A stretch of 51,811 bases of DNA from NCBI GenBank assembly GCA_022763145.1, contig JALEGM010000151.1:1-51811 (forward strand), given 5' to 3'. The position numbers and the translations under genes are program-made. Each line of letters begins with the position of its first letter. Positions within the stretch are counted from its first letter, which is position 1. The notes beneath the pieces are model-generated. The model did no database searches. It was not told the DNA's origin and saw only the letters and a program-made list of their open reading frames with translations. Positions 29,621-39,216 of the stretch are shown here, one piece after another. The stretch is from Aquisalinus sp. GTDB lineage: Bacteria > Pseudomonadota > Alphaproteobacteria > Caulobacterales > Parvularculaceae.

Positions 29621-31291
29621 CTATAATGTTTCCAGAACGCGATTGCTAACCTCATCCAGCAAGGTATCAGCTGAAACTAGAGACCGAGCGTCTTCCATCC
29701 AGCCTGCCATAGTATCGGCTGCTTCACCTTCCAGAGCATCCAATTCGCGGAGCGCACCAACGACATCACCATCATCAAGACTGACTTCAGCTCTGGATAT
29801 AATAGCGGAGGGTGAGTCCCCTGAAACCAAGCCTGTTTTTCGCACTGAAAAGAGCCCGGAGAACCGCGCGCCAATTTCGCCCCAGAAGCCACTTGCGGAC
29901 TCTCTATTAGCAGCAGCGAGTGCTTTTCTCGCTTCATCCGCATAGCGCAGGCGCAGACCGGTTAGTGTAGGCAAGCCCTCCTCAGCATAAGGCGCAAGGT
30001 CACGCAGGCCAGGGGTCGTTGGTGCTAATTGCTCAAGCACACCCAGTTGTTCAGCAAAAGGCCGACCCGAACCAATCTGTCGTTGCAGGTTTGTCACAGC
30101 AATTGAGAGCGCAGCCTGTTTCGTCGCAGTAGCCACATCTCTTGTCTGTAAAGTATCAAGGCGCGCCTCAAGCTGCTGCGCGCGACGCTCTTGTTCTGCC
30201 AGCGCTTGATCCACTTCTTGGCGGAGACGATCAATTTCGTTATCTTGCTCTGCGATACGCTGCTTGTCCGCAGCCATAGCAGCCTGTGTTTCTGCAAGCA
30301 CGTCTTCCCGAATAGATTCCAACTTGTCCGCAAGTTGCGCTTCCGAAACAATCGTTTCATTTTCTGAAGCTTGTGCCTTTACGTCTTCTGCAATGCCATT
30401 TGCAATCTTACCGCCTTCTGATGTAGTTGCGGCCACAACTTCCGTAACAGGTTCTGACGCAACAGATTCTTCCGTTTGGCTTTGCTCTACGGCTAACCGA
30501 GCCTGGACGTCTCCATCACTTGGCACGACTTCGGGATCACTCTCTGTCACTGCCTGGTTGCGCGCGGCTCTTGCTTCACGTCTGGCACGGTTCCGTTCTA
30601 TTGCGGCCTGACGATTATCCTCAGCTTCTTCAGATTTCTCTGCAACACTTTCAACGACCGCGATCACATCATCTTTGAGATCAGAAACAACATTATCAGC
30701 GGCCTCAGCAGTATTTTCGACTATTCTTTCTGCGGTCTCAGCTGCGGATTCAAGCGAGTCCCCAGTCTGCTCAATTATATCTGACGTCGTTTCGTCAGCT
30801 TTAACTGCGACGTCAGCAATGACATCGGTAACTTCAGTCGTGGCTTCTTCTGTGACTGCTGCAATATCGGCTGTATCCTCAGTAAGATTGTTCACAACGT
30901 CATCTGCAACATCCAAATTCGCCACGGCTGTTTCTTGCGGCGCGTCTGGCGTAGATAATAATTCCTCTGATGGCTCGATTGCCGCTCTTTGGCTTGACGA
31001 ACTATCTTCACCACCCTGAGTCAGAAAAAACACAATCAGCGCTAGCGCCATTACGCCAAGCATGATCACACCAGTCGTTACAAAACTCTGTGGCGCTTTG
31101 TCGTCATCGTCAGCTTCAACTTCATCAGACTGCTTAGCCTCTGTACTTTCAGTAACTGTTTCGGCTTCAAGACGTGTTACATCCTCATCAGTTTCTGTCA
31201 CTTCGGTCTCGACGATTTCCGCCTCCACCTCTTCGGGCTTGTTATCAGCGTGCTGGTCTTCGTCATTTTTGGGGGTGTCGGAACTGCTCAT
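29621..31291 (-). CDS. COG4223 / mitofilin-domain protein (alphaproteobacterial Mic60)
   Basis: Single TM, long acidic and coiled-coil region, C-terminal GRPFAEQL...GLPTL...LFSVR...AIISRAE..L..GD..GAL.EL; located between hemD and hemY. Confidence 0.85.
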   Translation of the reverse strand: MSSSDTPKNDEDQHADNKPEEVEAEIVETEVTETDEDVTRLEAETVTESTEAKQSDEVEADDDDKAPQSFVTTGVIMLGVMALALIVFFLTQGGEDSSSSQRAAIEPSEELLSTPDAPQETAVANLDVADDVVNNLTEDTADIAAVTEEATTEVTDVIADVAVKADETTSDIIEQTGDSLESAAETAERIVENTAEAADNVVSDLKDDVIAVVESVAEKSEEAEDNRQAAIERNRARREARAARNQAVTESDPEVVPSDGDVQARLAVEQSQTEESVASEPVTEVVAATTSEGGKIANGIAEDVKAQASENETIVSEAQLADKLESIREDVLAETQAAMAADKQRIAEQDNEIDRLRQEVDQALAEQERRAQQLEARLDTLQTRDVATATKQAALSIAVTNLQRQIGSGRPFAEQLGVLEQLAPTTPGLRDLAPYAEEGLPTLTGLRLRYADEARKALAAANRESASGFWGEIGARFSGLFSVRKTGLVSGDSPSAIISRAEVSLDDGDVVGALRELDALEGEAADTMAGWMEDARSLVSADTLLDEVSNRVLETL

Positions 31292-31341
31292 CGAAACTCT
31301 CTTTAGAAGTGGGTCAGGATAACTGAATACGCTTGCGCTGC

Positions 31342-32052
31342 TTATGTGCGGGCAGATTTCAGAATGTCAATCACAGCATGTTGGTCAGGCTCTTTAGCCA
31401 CCTCTATCTGGCTTGAAAATCCCGGCAGAAATACGGCTGCAACAGCATGGCTTACCACCACTATGCGAAGATTTTTTAATGCCTCAGTCAGATCGTACTT
31501 ACTGACAAGGGAAAGAAAAATTTTAGCTGTTCTCGGGGAAAAAAACGTGGCGGCGTCTATGTAGCCTTCTTTCAGACAGTTAAGCGTTTGATCGGCTATG
31601 CAATCTACCGCGACCGCCTCATATAAAACAGCCCTGCTGTATTGAAACCCTCGCGCCTCCAAGAGGCTTGCCAGGTCACCGGCAATATGTGTCCCGGCAA
31701 TATGCATCAAACAAGCATCGTCATCCGCTTTTTCGGCAATCACCCGTGCCAATGACTGAACTGAGCCACTTGCAGTTTCGATCTGGCTAAACCCTGCCGC
31801 TAGAGCGGCTCTTGCCGTTGCAGCACCAACAGTAAAAACCGGCCATACCCGCTCCGCTATGATCCTAGTGAACGCCCTGACACCGTTGGCAGATGTAAAG
31901 ATTAGAAACTTGATGTTTGACAAGTCCGGGGTGGCTACATCGGGGAATTGAAGCTGCATCATCGGAGCAAAAACTGCAGACATACCATTAGCCTGAAGCA
32001 TATCAGCGAAAACCGCTGCATCAGGCTCGGGGCGGGTTACAAGAACCTTCAT
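31342..32052 (-). CDS. hemD: Uroporphyrinogen-III synthase
   Basis: VLVTRPEPDA, FTSANGV, VG.ATA, FFSPRTA. Confidence 0.94.
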   Translation of the reverse strand: MKVLVTRPEPDAAVFADMLQANGMSAVFAPMMQLQFPDVATPDLSNIKFLIFTSANGVRAFTRIIAERVWPVFTVGAATARAALAAGFSQIETASGSVQSLARVIAEKADDDACLMHIAGTHIAGDLASLLEARGFQYSRAVLYEAVAVDCIADQTLNCLKEGYIDAATFFSPRTAKIFLSLVSKYDLTEALKNLRIVVVSHAVAAVFLPGFSSQIEVAKEPDQHAVIDILKSART

Positions 32053-33026
32053 GCCGCTCTGACAATATCCTGTATTGCCTTCGGGGCCGCCTTGAAAATC
32101 CTCTCCGCCAGTGCAAACCCGAATTCACTTGCTGCGGTTAATCGCGCGGAGTGGCTTCCATGAGTAATTTCGGCACTTTCTGTGATGGTCAGCTCCTGAG
32201 CACCATCTAATGTCAATAACTGGGCCCTGAAGCTAAGTGTATTACCCTTCAGTCTTGCAAGGCCTGCAATAGGTGTCTGACATGAGCCATCAAGGCGCAA
32301 AAGGAACGCTCTCTCCGCGCTACTGATAAGGCTGGTCTGCTCACATGCCAGTGCTTCCTGAACGAGCTCGATACGTTCATCATCTTGACGCATTTGAACA
32401 CAGAGGACCCCCTGACTAACAGCAGGGAGCATTTCGTCCGGCTCCAAAACAGTCCTTGTCACATCGGCCTTATCGAGACGTCTCAGCCCAGCTTCAGCCA
32501 GTAGCGTCGCATCTGCCTGACCTTCGTTCAATTTCTCCAAACGGCGATCTACGTTACCGCGAAGCGGGACGATCTTCAAATCTGGACGACGGTGCAGTAA
32601 CTGAGCAGCGCGGCGTACAGAAGAGGTTCCAAAGACAGCACTTTGCGGAAGCTCCCATGGGGATTTTGCAAGATCGGAAATAAATGCATCGCGCGGATCT
32701 TCGCGGGCTGGCACTGCAACCGTTACAAGGCCATCCGGCATTTCTGCTGGCATATCCTTCATGGAATGCACAGCAATATCTGCCTCGCCATTTAACAAGG
32801 CATGCTCAATTTCCTTGGTGAAAAGCCCCTTGCCCCCAATAGAAGCGAGCGATCCTGCAAGTCTCTTATCGCCTTGCGTCACATATGTTTTGATAGCCAA
32901 ACAATCGTTGTAATCAGTCTCAGATATGCCGAGATGACGTGCCAATTTTGAACGCATCAAAACTGCCTGGCGTACCGCGAGTGGAGACTTCCGAGAAGCC
33001 AGTCTTAAGGAAATTTGAGCTGACAT
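32049..33026 (-). CDS. hemC: Porphobilinogen deaminase
   Basis: SRKSPLA, GGKGLFTKE, VHSMKD, GTSSVRR, LDGSCQTPI. Confidence 0.96.
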   Translation of the reverse strand: MSAQISLRLASRKSPLAVRQAVLMRSKLARHLGISETDYNDCLAIKTYVTQGDKRLAGSLASIGGKGLFTKEIEHALLNGEADIAVHSMKDMPAEMPDGLVTVAVPAREDPRDAFISDLAKSPWELPQSAVFGTSSVRRAAQLLHRRPDLKIVPLRGNVDRRLEKLNEGQADATLLAEAGLRRLDKADVTRTVLEPDEMLPAVSQGVLCVQMRQDDERIELVQEALACEQTSLISSAERAFLLRLDGSCQTPIAGLARLKGNTLSFRAQLLTLDGAQELTITESAEITHGSHSARLTAASEFGFALAERIFKAAPKAIQDIVRAA

Positions 33027-33141
33027 TGAGATGGCTCGGCGCTTCTAAAACAAACTAACTTGCCAGCGTGTGACACTATTGCTTAAGGCAATTCAATCTT
33101 TTAGCGCTTTTACCATGTGAAAAAAAGGCATCACAAAAACT

Positions 33142-34242
33142 TTGTCTGATAATCCAATCATTGTCCTGGGCATCGAAACAAGCTGTGACGAGACAGCTGC
33201 TGCAGTCGTGTGTTTGCTCCCTGATGGTAACGTCAAAGTCCTCTCTAATGTCATCTACACGCAATCCTCGGAACACGAAGGATATGGCGGCGTTGTTCCG
33301 GAACTTGCCGCACGAGCGCATGTTGAACGGGCCGACAAGATAACCGGCATGGCACTGGAAGAGGCAGGTATTGATGACGTCCACGAACTGAACGGCGTCG
33401 CGGCTACTTCCGGACCGGGTTTGATCGGCGGAGTGATGGTCGGGATGATGACAGCAAAGGCCATAGCCCTCTCAAACGACATACCATTTATCCCGGTCAA
33501 TCATCTCGAAGGGCACGCTCTTTCGACACTACTCACAGAGACAGTAAGCTTTCCGTACCTGTTATTGCTTGTTTCAGGCGGCCATACCCAGCTACTTCTA
33601 GTTAAAGATATTGGCTGCTATCAACGTCTCGGCACAACGATTGACGATGCAGCAGGTGAGGCTTTTGATAAAACCGCCAAGCTATTAGGCCTGGGTCAAC
33701 CGGGCGGACCCAGAGTAGAAAAGACTGCTATTGATGGAAATGATCAGAAGTATTCCTTTCCGCGACCATTATTAAAACGTGATGACTGCGACTTCTCATT
33801 CTCAGGGCTGAAAACGGCTTTGCGTCTTGCAGCAGAAAATACCGCACCTTTAAGTTCGCAAGACAAGGCTGACCTTACCGCATCATTCCAGCTGGCTGTC
33901 GCGCGGCATCTTTGCGCGAAGACAATGAAAGCTATGGAGGTCGCAGAGCCTGAAGGCGTTAACACACTTGTTGTTGCGGGGGGAGTGGCCGCCAATGGCC
34001 TTATACGCTCAACATTGCGATCAGCAACTGAAGAACTAGGCTGGAAACTTGTCGTCCCACCTTTGGAATTCTGCACAGATAATGGGGCAATGATCGCTCT
34101 AGCAGGCGCCAAAAAGATTGAAAGATTTGGTATTCCCAATCAGGCTGAAACTCTGCAAATGGCACCGCGCGCGCGTTGGCCGCTTGATGACACCCCTAAC
34201 GGAGCGCGCCATGGCGGCGGTAAAAAAGGCCCAAAAGCCTGA
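33142..34242 (+). CDS. tsaD: tRNA N6-adenosine threonylcarbamoyltransferase
   Basis: LGIETSCDETA, GGVVPELAARAH, HLEGH, LLVSGGHT, DDAAGEAFDK, CTDNGAMIA. Confidence 0.97.
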   Translation: MSDNPIIVLGIETSCDETAAAVVCLLPDGNVKVLSNVIYTQSSEHEGYGGVVPELAARAHVERADKITGMALEEAGIDDVHELNGVAATSGPGLIGGVMVGMMTAKAIALSNDIPFIPVNHLEGHALSTLLTETVSFPYLLLLVSGGHTQLLLVKDIGCYQRLGTTIDDAAGEAFDKTAKLLGLGQPGGPRVEKTAIDGNDQKYSFPRPLLKRDDCDFSFSGLKTALRLAAENTAPLSSQDKADLTASFQLAVARHLCAKTMKAMEVAEPEGVNTLVVAGGVAANGLIRSTLRSATEELGWKLVVPPLEFCTDNGAMIALAGAKKIERFGIPNQAETLQMAPRARWPLDDTPNGARHGGGKKGPKA

Positions 34243-34305
34243 TTATTATTCGATAGTAAGACGGGAAAATGCTAGCCGAACAAACATATTACGAAAGCAA
34301 AACGG

Positions 34306-34713
34306 CTATCGTATGTTCAGGCTTTTAAGATAAAAATTGCACCGCCGTTGCGTTCTGATGCCCTCTTCGCCTTTACGCCAGCCTTCTGACCAGGCTGAAC
34401 TGCCCTCAAATCCAACAGCAGTCCGGCAAGCTGTAAAACCAGCCTTGTAATGAACAGAATTATCTATGCTGTAGTCAGGATTTCCAAGGCTATTGCCGTG
34501 TTCAGAGCCATATTGGTACCCACTCTCATAACACGTACACATGTCATCGCGATAAGCGCCTGTGAATACGGCAGGATTAGCCTCACCATCCTCCAACAAA
34601 GCAACTGCTGGTGTGCCAATTGACGGAAGGCCATTTTGAAAAACTGCAAAAGATGCCGCAGCTACGATCGCCAAAAGCAAAACGCCCCCAAATATGGCTT
34701 CAATTTTGGTCAT
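34306..34713 (-). CDS. Hypothetical membrane-anchored/exported protein with four Cys
   Basis: N-terminal hydrophobic anchor; CTC...C...C; GY..G / GF / GW..G motifs. Confidence 0.6.
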   Translation of the reverse strand: MTKIEAIFGGVLLLAIVAAASFAVFQNGLPSIGTPAVALLEDGEANPAVFTGAYRDDMCTCYESGYQYGSEHGNSLGNPDYSIDNSVHYKAGFTACRTAVGFEGSSAWSEGWRKGEEGIRTQRRCNFYLKSLNIR

Positions 34714-34836
34714 CTCAGGTCCCCACAGTCACGCACATCTCACATAGATTAGCGCGAAGCGAGGCTAACGCCAAGGATAAAGGTTAACGATCCACAGCTC
34801 TGGCTACTCTTCAGGGGATGATCGACAAAGGAAATG

Positions 34837-35220
34837 TCAGAGCGTTGCCTCTTCACAACATTCCCTTATGGGCATGTATGCCCCCGTCAGCTCCTGGCAG
34901 ATCTCGGGATGACCATTGCAGCAGTCTTTAACGAGAAATCCAATCAGGTCCCGCGCCGCCTCCATATCCACCGCGTGATATATACGGCGGCCATCCCGAC
35001 GCGTTGTCGTCAAGCCAGCAGAAGCCAAGATATTCAAATGCGTCGACATCAGGTTACGCCGGACATCCAGCGTCTCAGCGATTGTTGTCGCCGGGATACC
35101 CTCTGGTCCGGCCTCAATAAGCAACCGAAAAACACGCAGCCGTGTATCCTGTGCCAGGGCAGACAAACGGGTAACAATTTGCTTGGTGGAAACTTTGGCT
35201 TCAGTCATGAACACTGTCAT
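34837..35220 (-). CDS. ArsR/SmtB-family repressor with C-terminal Cys cluster
   Basis: LSALAQDTRLRVFRLL..AGPEG, STHLNIL..AGL, R.GR.IY, CCNGHPEIC; start could also be 35208. Confidence 0.9.
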   Translation of the reverse strand: MTVFMTEAKVSTKQIVTRLSALAQDTRLRVFRLLIEAGPEGIPATTIAETLDVRRNLMSTHLNILASAGLTTTRRDGRRIYHAVDMEAARDLIGFLVKDCCNGHPEICQELTGAYMPIRECCEEATL

Positions 35221-35274
35221 GCCCGCTTCACGGGAAGTTGGCAAGACAGTAGGGATGTTGGATATTTATGCGGT

Positions 35275-35655
35275 TTACTGCTTAGGTTTGTTAAGTAGGC
35301 CACTGATAATTAGGACAACACCTATCAACCCCGGAAAAGCTGCAACGCCTATCATGGCAAGCATCGCATTGGGTTCACCTGAAACATGACCACCAAAATA
35401 GCCGAGCAATACCAACGCGACGGCTACAGCAACCAGAACAAAACCGCCCGTAACTGAACCGCCACGATCTTCGCGCTCAATACCAAGAGACGCTATCAGC
35501 TTCTCATCAATGGGCTGACCACTTTTGAGCATTTCCCGTATCGTTTGCTGTTGCTGCGCGTTCTTGATGATACTTGCCACAGCGTTAATGAGAATGATCG
35601 CAATAACAAAACCGAATACAATAAAATAAGAGCTTCCTGTCCAATCCCAGTCCAT
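35275..35655 (-). CDS. DUF6249-like membrane protein
   Basis: TM, QQTIREMLKSGQPIDE, two further TMs ending FPGLIG; GGAGG SD before MDWDW. Confidence 0.7.
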   Translation of the reverse strand: MDWDWTGSSYFIVFGFVIAIILINAVASIIKNAQQQQTIREMLKSGQPIDEKLIASLGIEREDRGGSVTGGFVLVAVAVALVLLGYFGGHVSGEPNAMLAMIGVAAFPGLIGVVLIISGLLNKPKQ

Positions 35656-35738
35656 GCCTTCCTCCCTTGGCTTTGAAAAACAAAGTACCATAAATTTAGG
35701 AGTTTGTCAGCTCGATTCAAGCCCCATAAATTGCAAAA

Positions 35739-36155
35739 TCACCAAATGACTAGAAGACTTTTTACTGCCAGGGCAAAAAGGCAAACAGTGGATAAAGCAA
35801 ACAGCCCAAATCGGAAAATCACCAAGTTTACACTCACCTGTACGAGTGAATGTAATACGCGCAGCACGACATATCCCCAAGCCAGACTGATCGCGATCAC
35901 GTCTGCTCCGCCTGACAAATGAACATAAAACCCAAGCGCATAAAATATAGTCGGCTGTTCCATGAGGTGATTATAATTATCAGCTGCCCCACGTGCAGCA
36001 GCAGGCAATACATTCAATGAACCAGGGAACTGAGCCTCTTGAGGGTCAAGTCCTGCTTTTTGCATGGCAGGTAGCCGACGGATGTACATCAAAAGCCAGA
36101 TCAACAGAGACCAACAAATTAGCGCCAGTATCGGATTAAGAATGGAATCAGTCAT
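35739..36155 (-). CDS. MAPEG-family membrane protein
   Basis: ADNYNHLMEQPTIFY, LAWGYVVLRVLHS; GAGGAGG SD before MTDS. Confidence 0.88.
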   Translation of the reverse strand: MTDSILNPILALICWSLLIWLLMYIRRLPAMQKAGLDPQEAQFPGSLNVLPAAARGAADNYNHLMEQPTIFYALGFYVHLSGGADVIAISLAWGYVVLRVLHSLVQVSVNLVIFRFGLFALSTVCLFALAVKSLLVIW

Positions 36156-36245
36156 GTGTATCCTCCTCGTTTTCGGGGAAGGATCACGCTGATCGAGCTC
36201 ACCTGTCAATCAACCATGTCAGGAATTAATGAGACATTCCCTGTT

Positions 36246-36581
36246 TCACAGAAGTTGCAGGACATTTTCAGGTGGTCGCCCGATTATGGCTCTATCTTCG
36301 TCTATAACAATTGGACGCTCTATCAGAATAGGATGCTCTGCCATCGCCTTTATCAAGAGTGTATCACTAGCTTCTACCAGATTAAGCTCTTTATAGAGAG
36401 CTTCATTCTTACGCATCATGTCTCTGGGGCTCACCCCCATTTTCTTGGCAACTTCCCGCAGACGTTTCTGCGTTGGAGGGCTTTTGAGATATTCTACCAC
36501 CTGAACATCCACAGCTTTCTCCTGCAAAAGAGCAAGGGTCTGACGCGACTTTGAACAACGCGGATTATGCCAGAATTCCAT
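36246..36581 (-). CDS. arsC: Arsenate reductase (glutaredoxin-dependent ArsC family)
   Basis: HNPRCSKSR, HPILIERPIV, GRPPENV. Confidence 0.9.
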   Translation of the reverse strand: MEFWHNPRCSKSRQTLALLQEKAVDVQVVEYLKSPPTQKRLREVAKKMGVSPRDMMRKNEALYKELNLVEASDTLLIKAMAEHPILIERPIVIDEDRAIIGRPPENVLQLL

Positions 36582-36585
36582 GAGA

Positions 36586-37281
36586 TTACTTATCTATTGC
36601 CAGCCTGTACCCACCGCTTTCTGTAAGCAGGAGTGTTGCTTGTGACGTATCCGGCTCAATCTTCTGGCGCAAGCGATAGATATGCGTCTCTAAAGTATGT
36701 GTTGTAACACCAGAATTGTATCCCCATACTTCATCAAGCAAAACATCACGAGATACTGGCTGCCCGCCGGCGCGATAAAGAAATTTCAGGATTGAAGTTT
36801 CTTTTTCAGTAAGTTTGATTTTGCGATCATCGTCCGTAACCAACATTTTCACCGCTGGCTTGAACTCATAAGGACCAACCTTAAAAACAGCATCTTCACT
36901 CTGCTCATGACTGCGTAAATGCGCTCGCAGGCGCGCGAGCAGCACAGCAAACTTGAAAGGCTTGGTCACATAGTCATTTGCGCCCGCATCTAAACCCAGA
37001 ATTGTATCCGCTTCTGTGTCAGCGCCTGTCAGCATGATAACAGGTGATTTAAAACCGTTTTTACGCATTAAACGACAGGCCTCGCGCCCATCCATATCTG
37101 GCAATCCCACATCCAACAGGACGAGGTCGATATGTGCTTCCTGTTTAACCTTGTCGATAGCCTCCGCAGCTGTACCAGCGGTTTCAAGGCGAAACTCGTC
37201 ATGCACATCAAACTGGTCGGACAATGTTTCGGTTAACAGCTCGTCATCATCAACAAGCAATATGCGTTTTGCGCGCGCCAT
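36586..37281 (-). CDS. cenR: OmpR-family response regulator, probable CenR/OtpR orthologue
   Basis: ILLVDDD..., HDEF, LPDMDGREAC, KLTEKETSILKFLYRAG, WGYNSGVTTHTLETHIYRLRQKIE; divergent from an L,D-transpeptidase-like gene; no adjacent kinase. Confidence 0.8.
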   Translation of the reverse strand: MARAKRILLVDDDELLTETLSDQFDVHDEFRLETAGTAAEAIDKVKQEAHIDLVLLDVGLPDMDGREACRLMRKNGFKSPVIMLTGADTEADTILGLDAGANDYVTKPFKFAVLLARLRAHLRSHEQSEDAVFKVGPYEFKPAVKMLVTDDDRKIKLTEKETSILKFLYRAGGQPVSRDVLLDEVWGYNSGVTTHTLETHIYRLRQKIEPDTSQATLLLTESGGYRLAIDK

Positions 37282-37366
37282 TTTATTTTCCTCGTTCTAA
37301 AATCTGTTGCGGCAATATAGCTTGCGTTATTTTGCGGGAAACTGATTTTCTCTAACAGGCGGTAAC

Positions 37367-37888
37367 ATGGAGTTGAGGGTAGAGGCAAAATTTCGTGAGC
37401 AGACCGGGAAACTGGTATGCGATAACGATACATATCTCTGTGCATTAGGGACTGCCGGAATAGTATCCGGGAAGATAGAAGGCGATGGCGGCACGCCGAT
37501 CGCGCGAATGGGCCTGATAGAGGTTTATTATCGAGCAGATAGAATTGTCGCACCCGAAACGGGGCTGCCTGTAAAAATAATTAACCCGGATGATGGCTGG
37601 TGTGATGACCCCTCAAGCCCTCTTTATAATAGCGCAGTTAAGCTTCCCTTTGCAGCCAGTCACGAAAAGATGTGGCGTGAAGATCATATATACGACATCT
37701 GTGTCGTCCTCGACTGGAACTTGACACCAGCTATCGCTGGCAAGGGCAGCGCGATTTTCTTTCATCTTTCACGCGCAAACTATGCGCCCACAGAAGGTTG
37801 TATAGCTGTCGCCGAACAGGATATGCGAGAAATTTTGGCGCTGTGTGATACAACAAGCGCCATCGAAACCGTACTCTGCAACCGTTGA
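37367..37888 (+). CDS. L,D-transpeptidase (YkuD) family protein
   Basis: EGDGGTP, GWCDDP...YN, GSAIFFH...PTEGCIA (His...Cys catalytic motif). Confidence 0.88.
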   Translation: MELRVEAKFREQTGKLVCDNDTYLCALGTAGIVSGKIEGDGGTPIARMGLIEVYYRADRIVAPETGLPVKIINPDDGWCDDPSSPLYNSAVKLPFAASHEKMWREDHIYDICVVLDWNLTPAIAGKGSAIFFHLSRANYAPTEGCIAVAEQDMREILALCDTTSAIETVLCNR

Positions 37889-37890
37889 GC

Positions 37891-38568
37891 TTATAGTGGA
37901 GGCCGCTGCCCAAATATTGCCGAACCGACACGAATATGAGTTGCCCCCAACTGACACGCCATTTCATAATCAGAACTCATCCCCATACTGATAATGGGCA
38001 GAGATAAATCCTGTGCAAATTTGTGTAACAGCGCAAAATGCGGCGCCGGGTATTCAGTTGCTGGCGGAATACACATCAAGCCCGTAACAGATAACCCAAA
38101 CTCTTCGCGACATTGCATGACGAAAGCCTCAACCTCTTGCGGAGATACGCCAGCTTTCTGCTCCTCTTCCCCCGTATTCACTTGAACTAGACAGTCAGGT
38201 CGCTTGTCGAGCTTATCCATGGCAACAGCTAACTTTGCCGCCAGTTTTGGTCGATCAACACTCTGAATGACATCGAAATTAGCCACAGCCTCTTCTACTT
38301 TGTTAGTCTGTAATGGGCCAATCAGGTGCAACTCTATCCCGTCAAACTCATCTGTCAGCCTTGGCCATTTTGCCGCTGCTTCCTGAACCCTGTTTTCACC
38401 AAAAAGCCTGTGCCCGGCTAGCAAGGCAGGTCTTATATGATCAGCCGAAAACATTTTACTGACAGCAATTAAGGAAATGTTCTCAGCCTTGCGGTCGGCC
38501 TCAGTGGCTGCTTTTTCAATTCGACTTTTGACAGTATTAAGATTTGCGCAGATATCGTCGGGCGTCAT
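37891..38568 (-). CDS. yggS: PLP homeostasis protein YggS
   Basis: LIAVSK, FGENRVQEA, HLIGPLQTNK, GLMCIPP, SMGMSSD, RVGSAIFG; start set at MTPDD. Confidence 0.95.
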   Translation of the reverse strand: MTPDDICANLNTVKSRIEKAATEADRKAENISLIAVSKMFSADHIRPALLAGHRLFGENRVQEAAAKWPRLTDEFDGIELHLIGPLQTNKVEEAVANFDVIQSVDRPKLAAKLAVAMDKLDKRPDCLVQVNTGEEEQKAGVSPQEVEAFVMQCREEFGLSVTGLMCIPPATEYPAPHFALLHKFAQDLSLPIISMGMSSDYEMACQLGATHIRVGSAIFGQRPPL

Positions 38569-39214
38569 GACATCAGACCTTTTACGATCAACTTGTCCGG
38601 CATCAAAGGTAGCGGACGTAGCTTTGCGGCTTAATGCGGCAAGAGTGGCAACGTCAAGACGTACAGCACCTTTTGCCCTTGCCCTGATGACTGACCCGCG
38701 ATTGCCAGATATACACACCGTCATCAGGAACTTGCCCGTTCATCCCGAGGTAAGAACGGCAGTTATCTTTCGTCATTACGAAGCCGAGGACCGAAAGAAA
38801 TTGGCGCAGGACCTCTGTAACCTCAGTCAGGAGCGAGACCTCCTCTTTCTTGTTGCTGGCGATGCGGAACTTGCTCGTTCCATTTCCGCTGATGGTATTC
38901 ACTTGCCAGAGTGGCAGTTAACTAACGCAAGGCGCTTGAGGCACGACTGGCCTGAAGGCCTAGTCTCAGCGGCCTGTCATTCTAAAGATGCTGTGTATAA
39001 GGCAGAGGCATCTGTAGACTGCGCCTTCCTTTCCCCGGTTTTCAAGACAGTAAGTCATGGTAACGTAAATATTCTTGGCACAGAGCAATTTAGTGAAATC
39101 TGTTCCCTCACAGAAATACCAATACTGGCATTAGGGGGAATCAGCGAAGAGAATGCTGATGAACTTCTTAACACAAACGCGGCTGGGATAGGTGCAATAA
39201 GCGTTTTTGGGTAG
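38567..39214 (+). CDS. Thiamine-phosphate synthase/TenI-like protein
   Basis: LMTD, VIFRHY, ADGIHLP, SAACH, FLSPVF.T.SH, ALGGI; start uncertain. Confidence 0.8.
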   Translation: MTSDLLRSTCPASKVADVALRLNAARVATSRRTAPFALALMTDPRLPDIHTVIRNLPVHPEVRTAVIFRHYEAEDRKKLAQDLCNLSQERDLLFLVAGDAELARSISADGIHLPEWQLTNARRLRHDWPEGLVSAACHSKDAVYKAEASVDCAFLSPVFKTVSHGNVNILGTEQFSEICSLTEIPILALGGISEENADELLNTNAAGIGAISVFG

Positions 39215-39216
39215 GA

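Noticed and set aside
25241-30348. Exact 18-bp repeat CAAGTTGCGCTTCCGAAA at 25241-25258 and 30331-30348
   Set aside because: Both copies encode SEAQL in the same frame of unrelated genes; only two copies and no flanking structure, so likely chance plus codon bias
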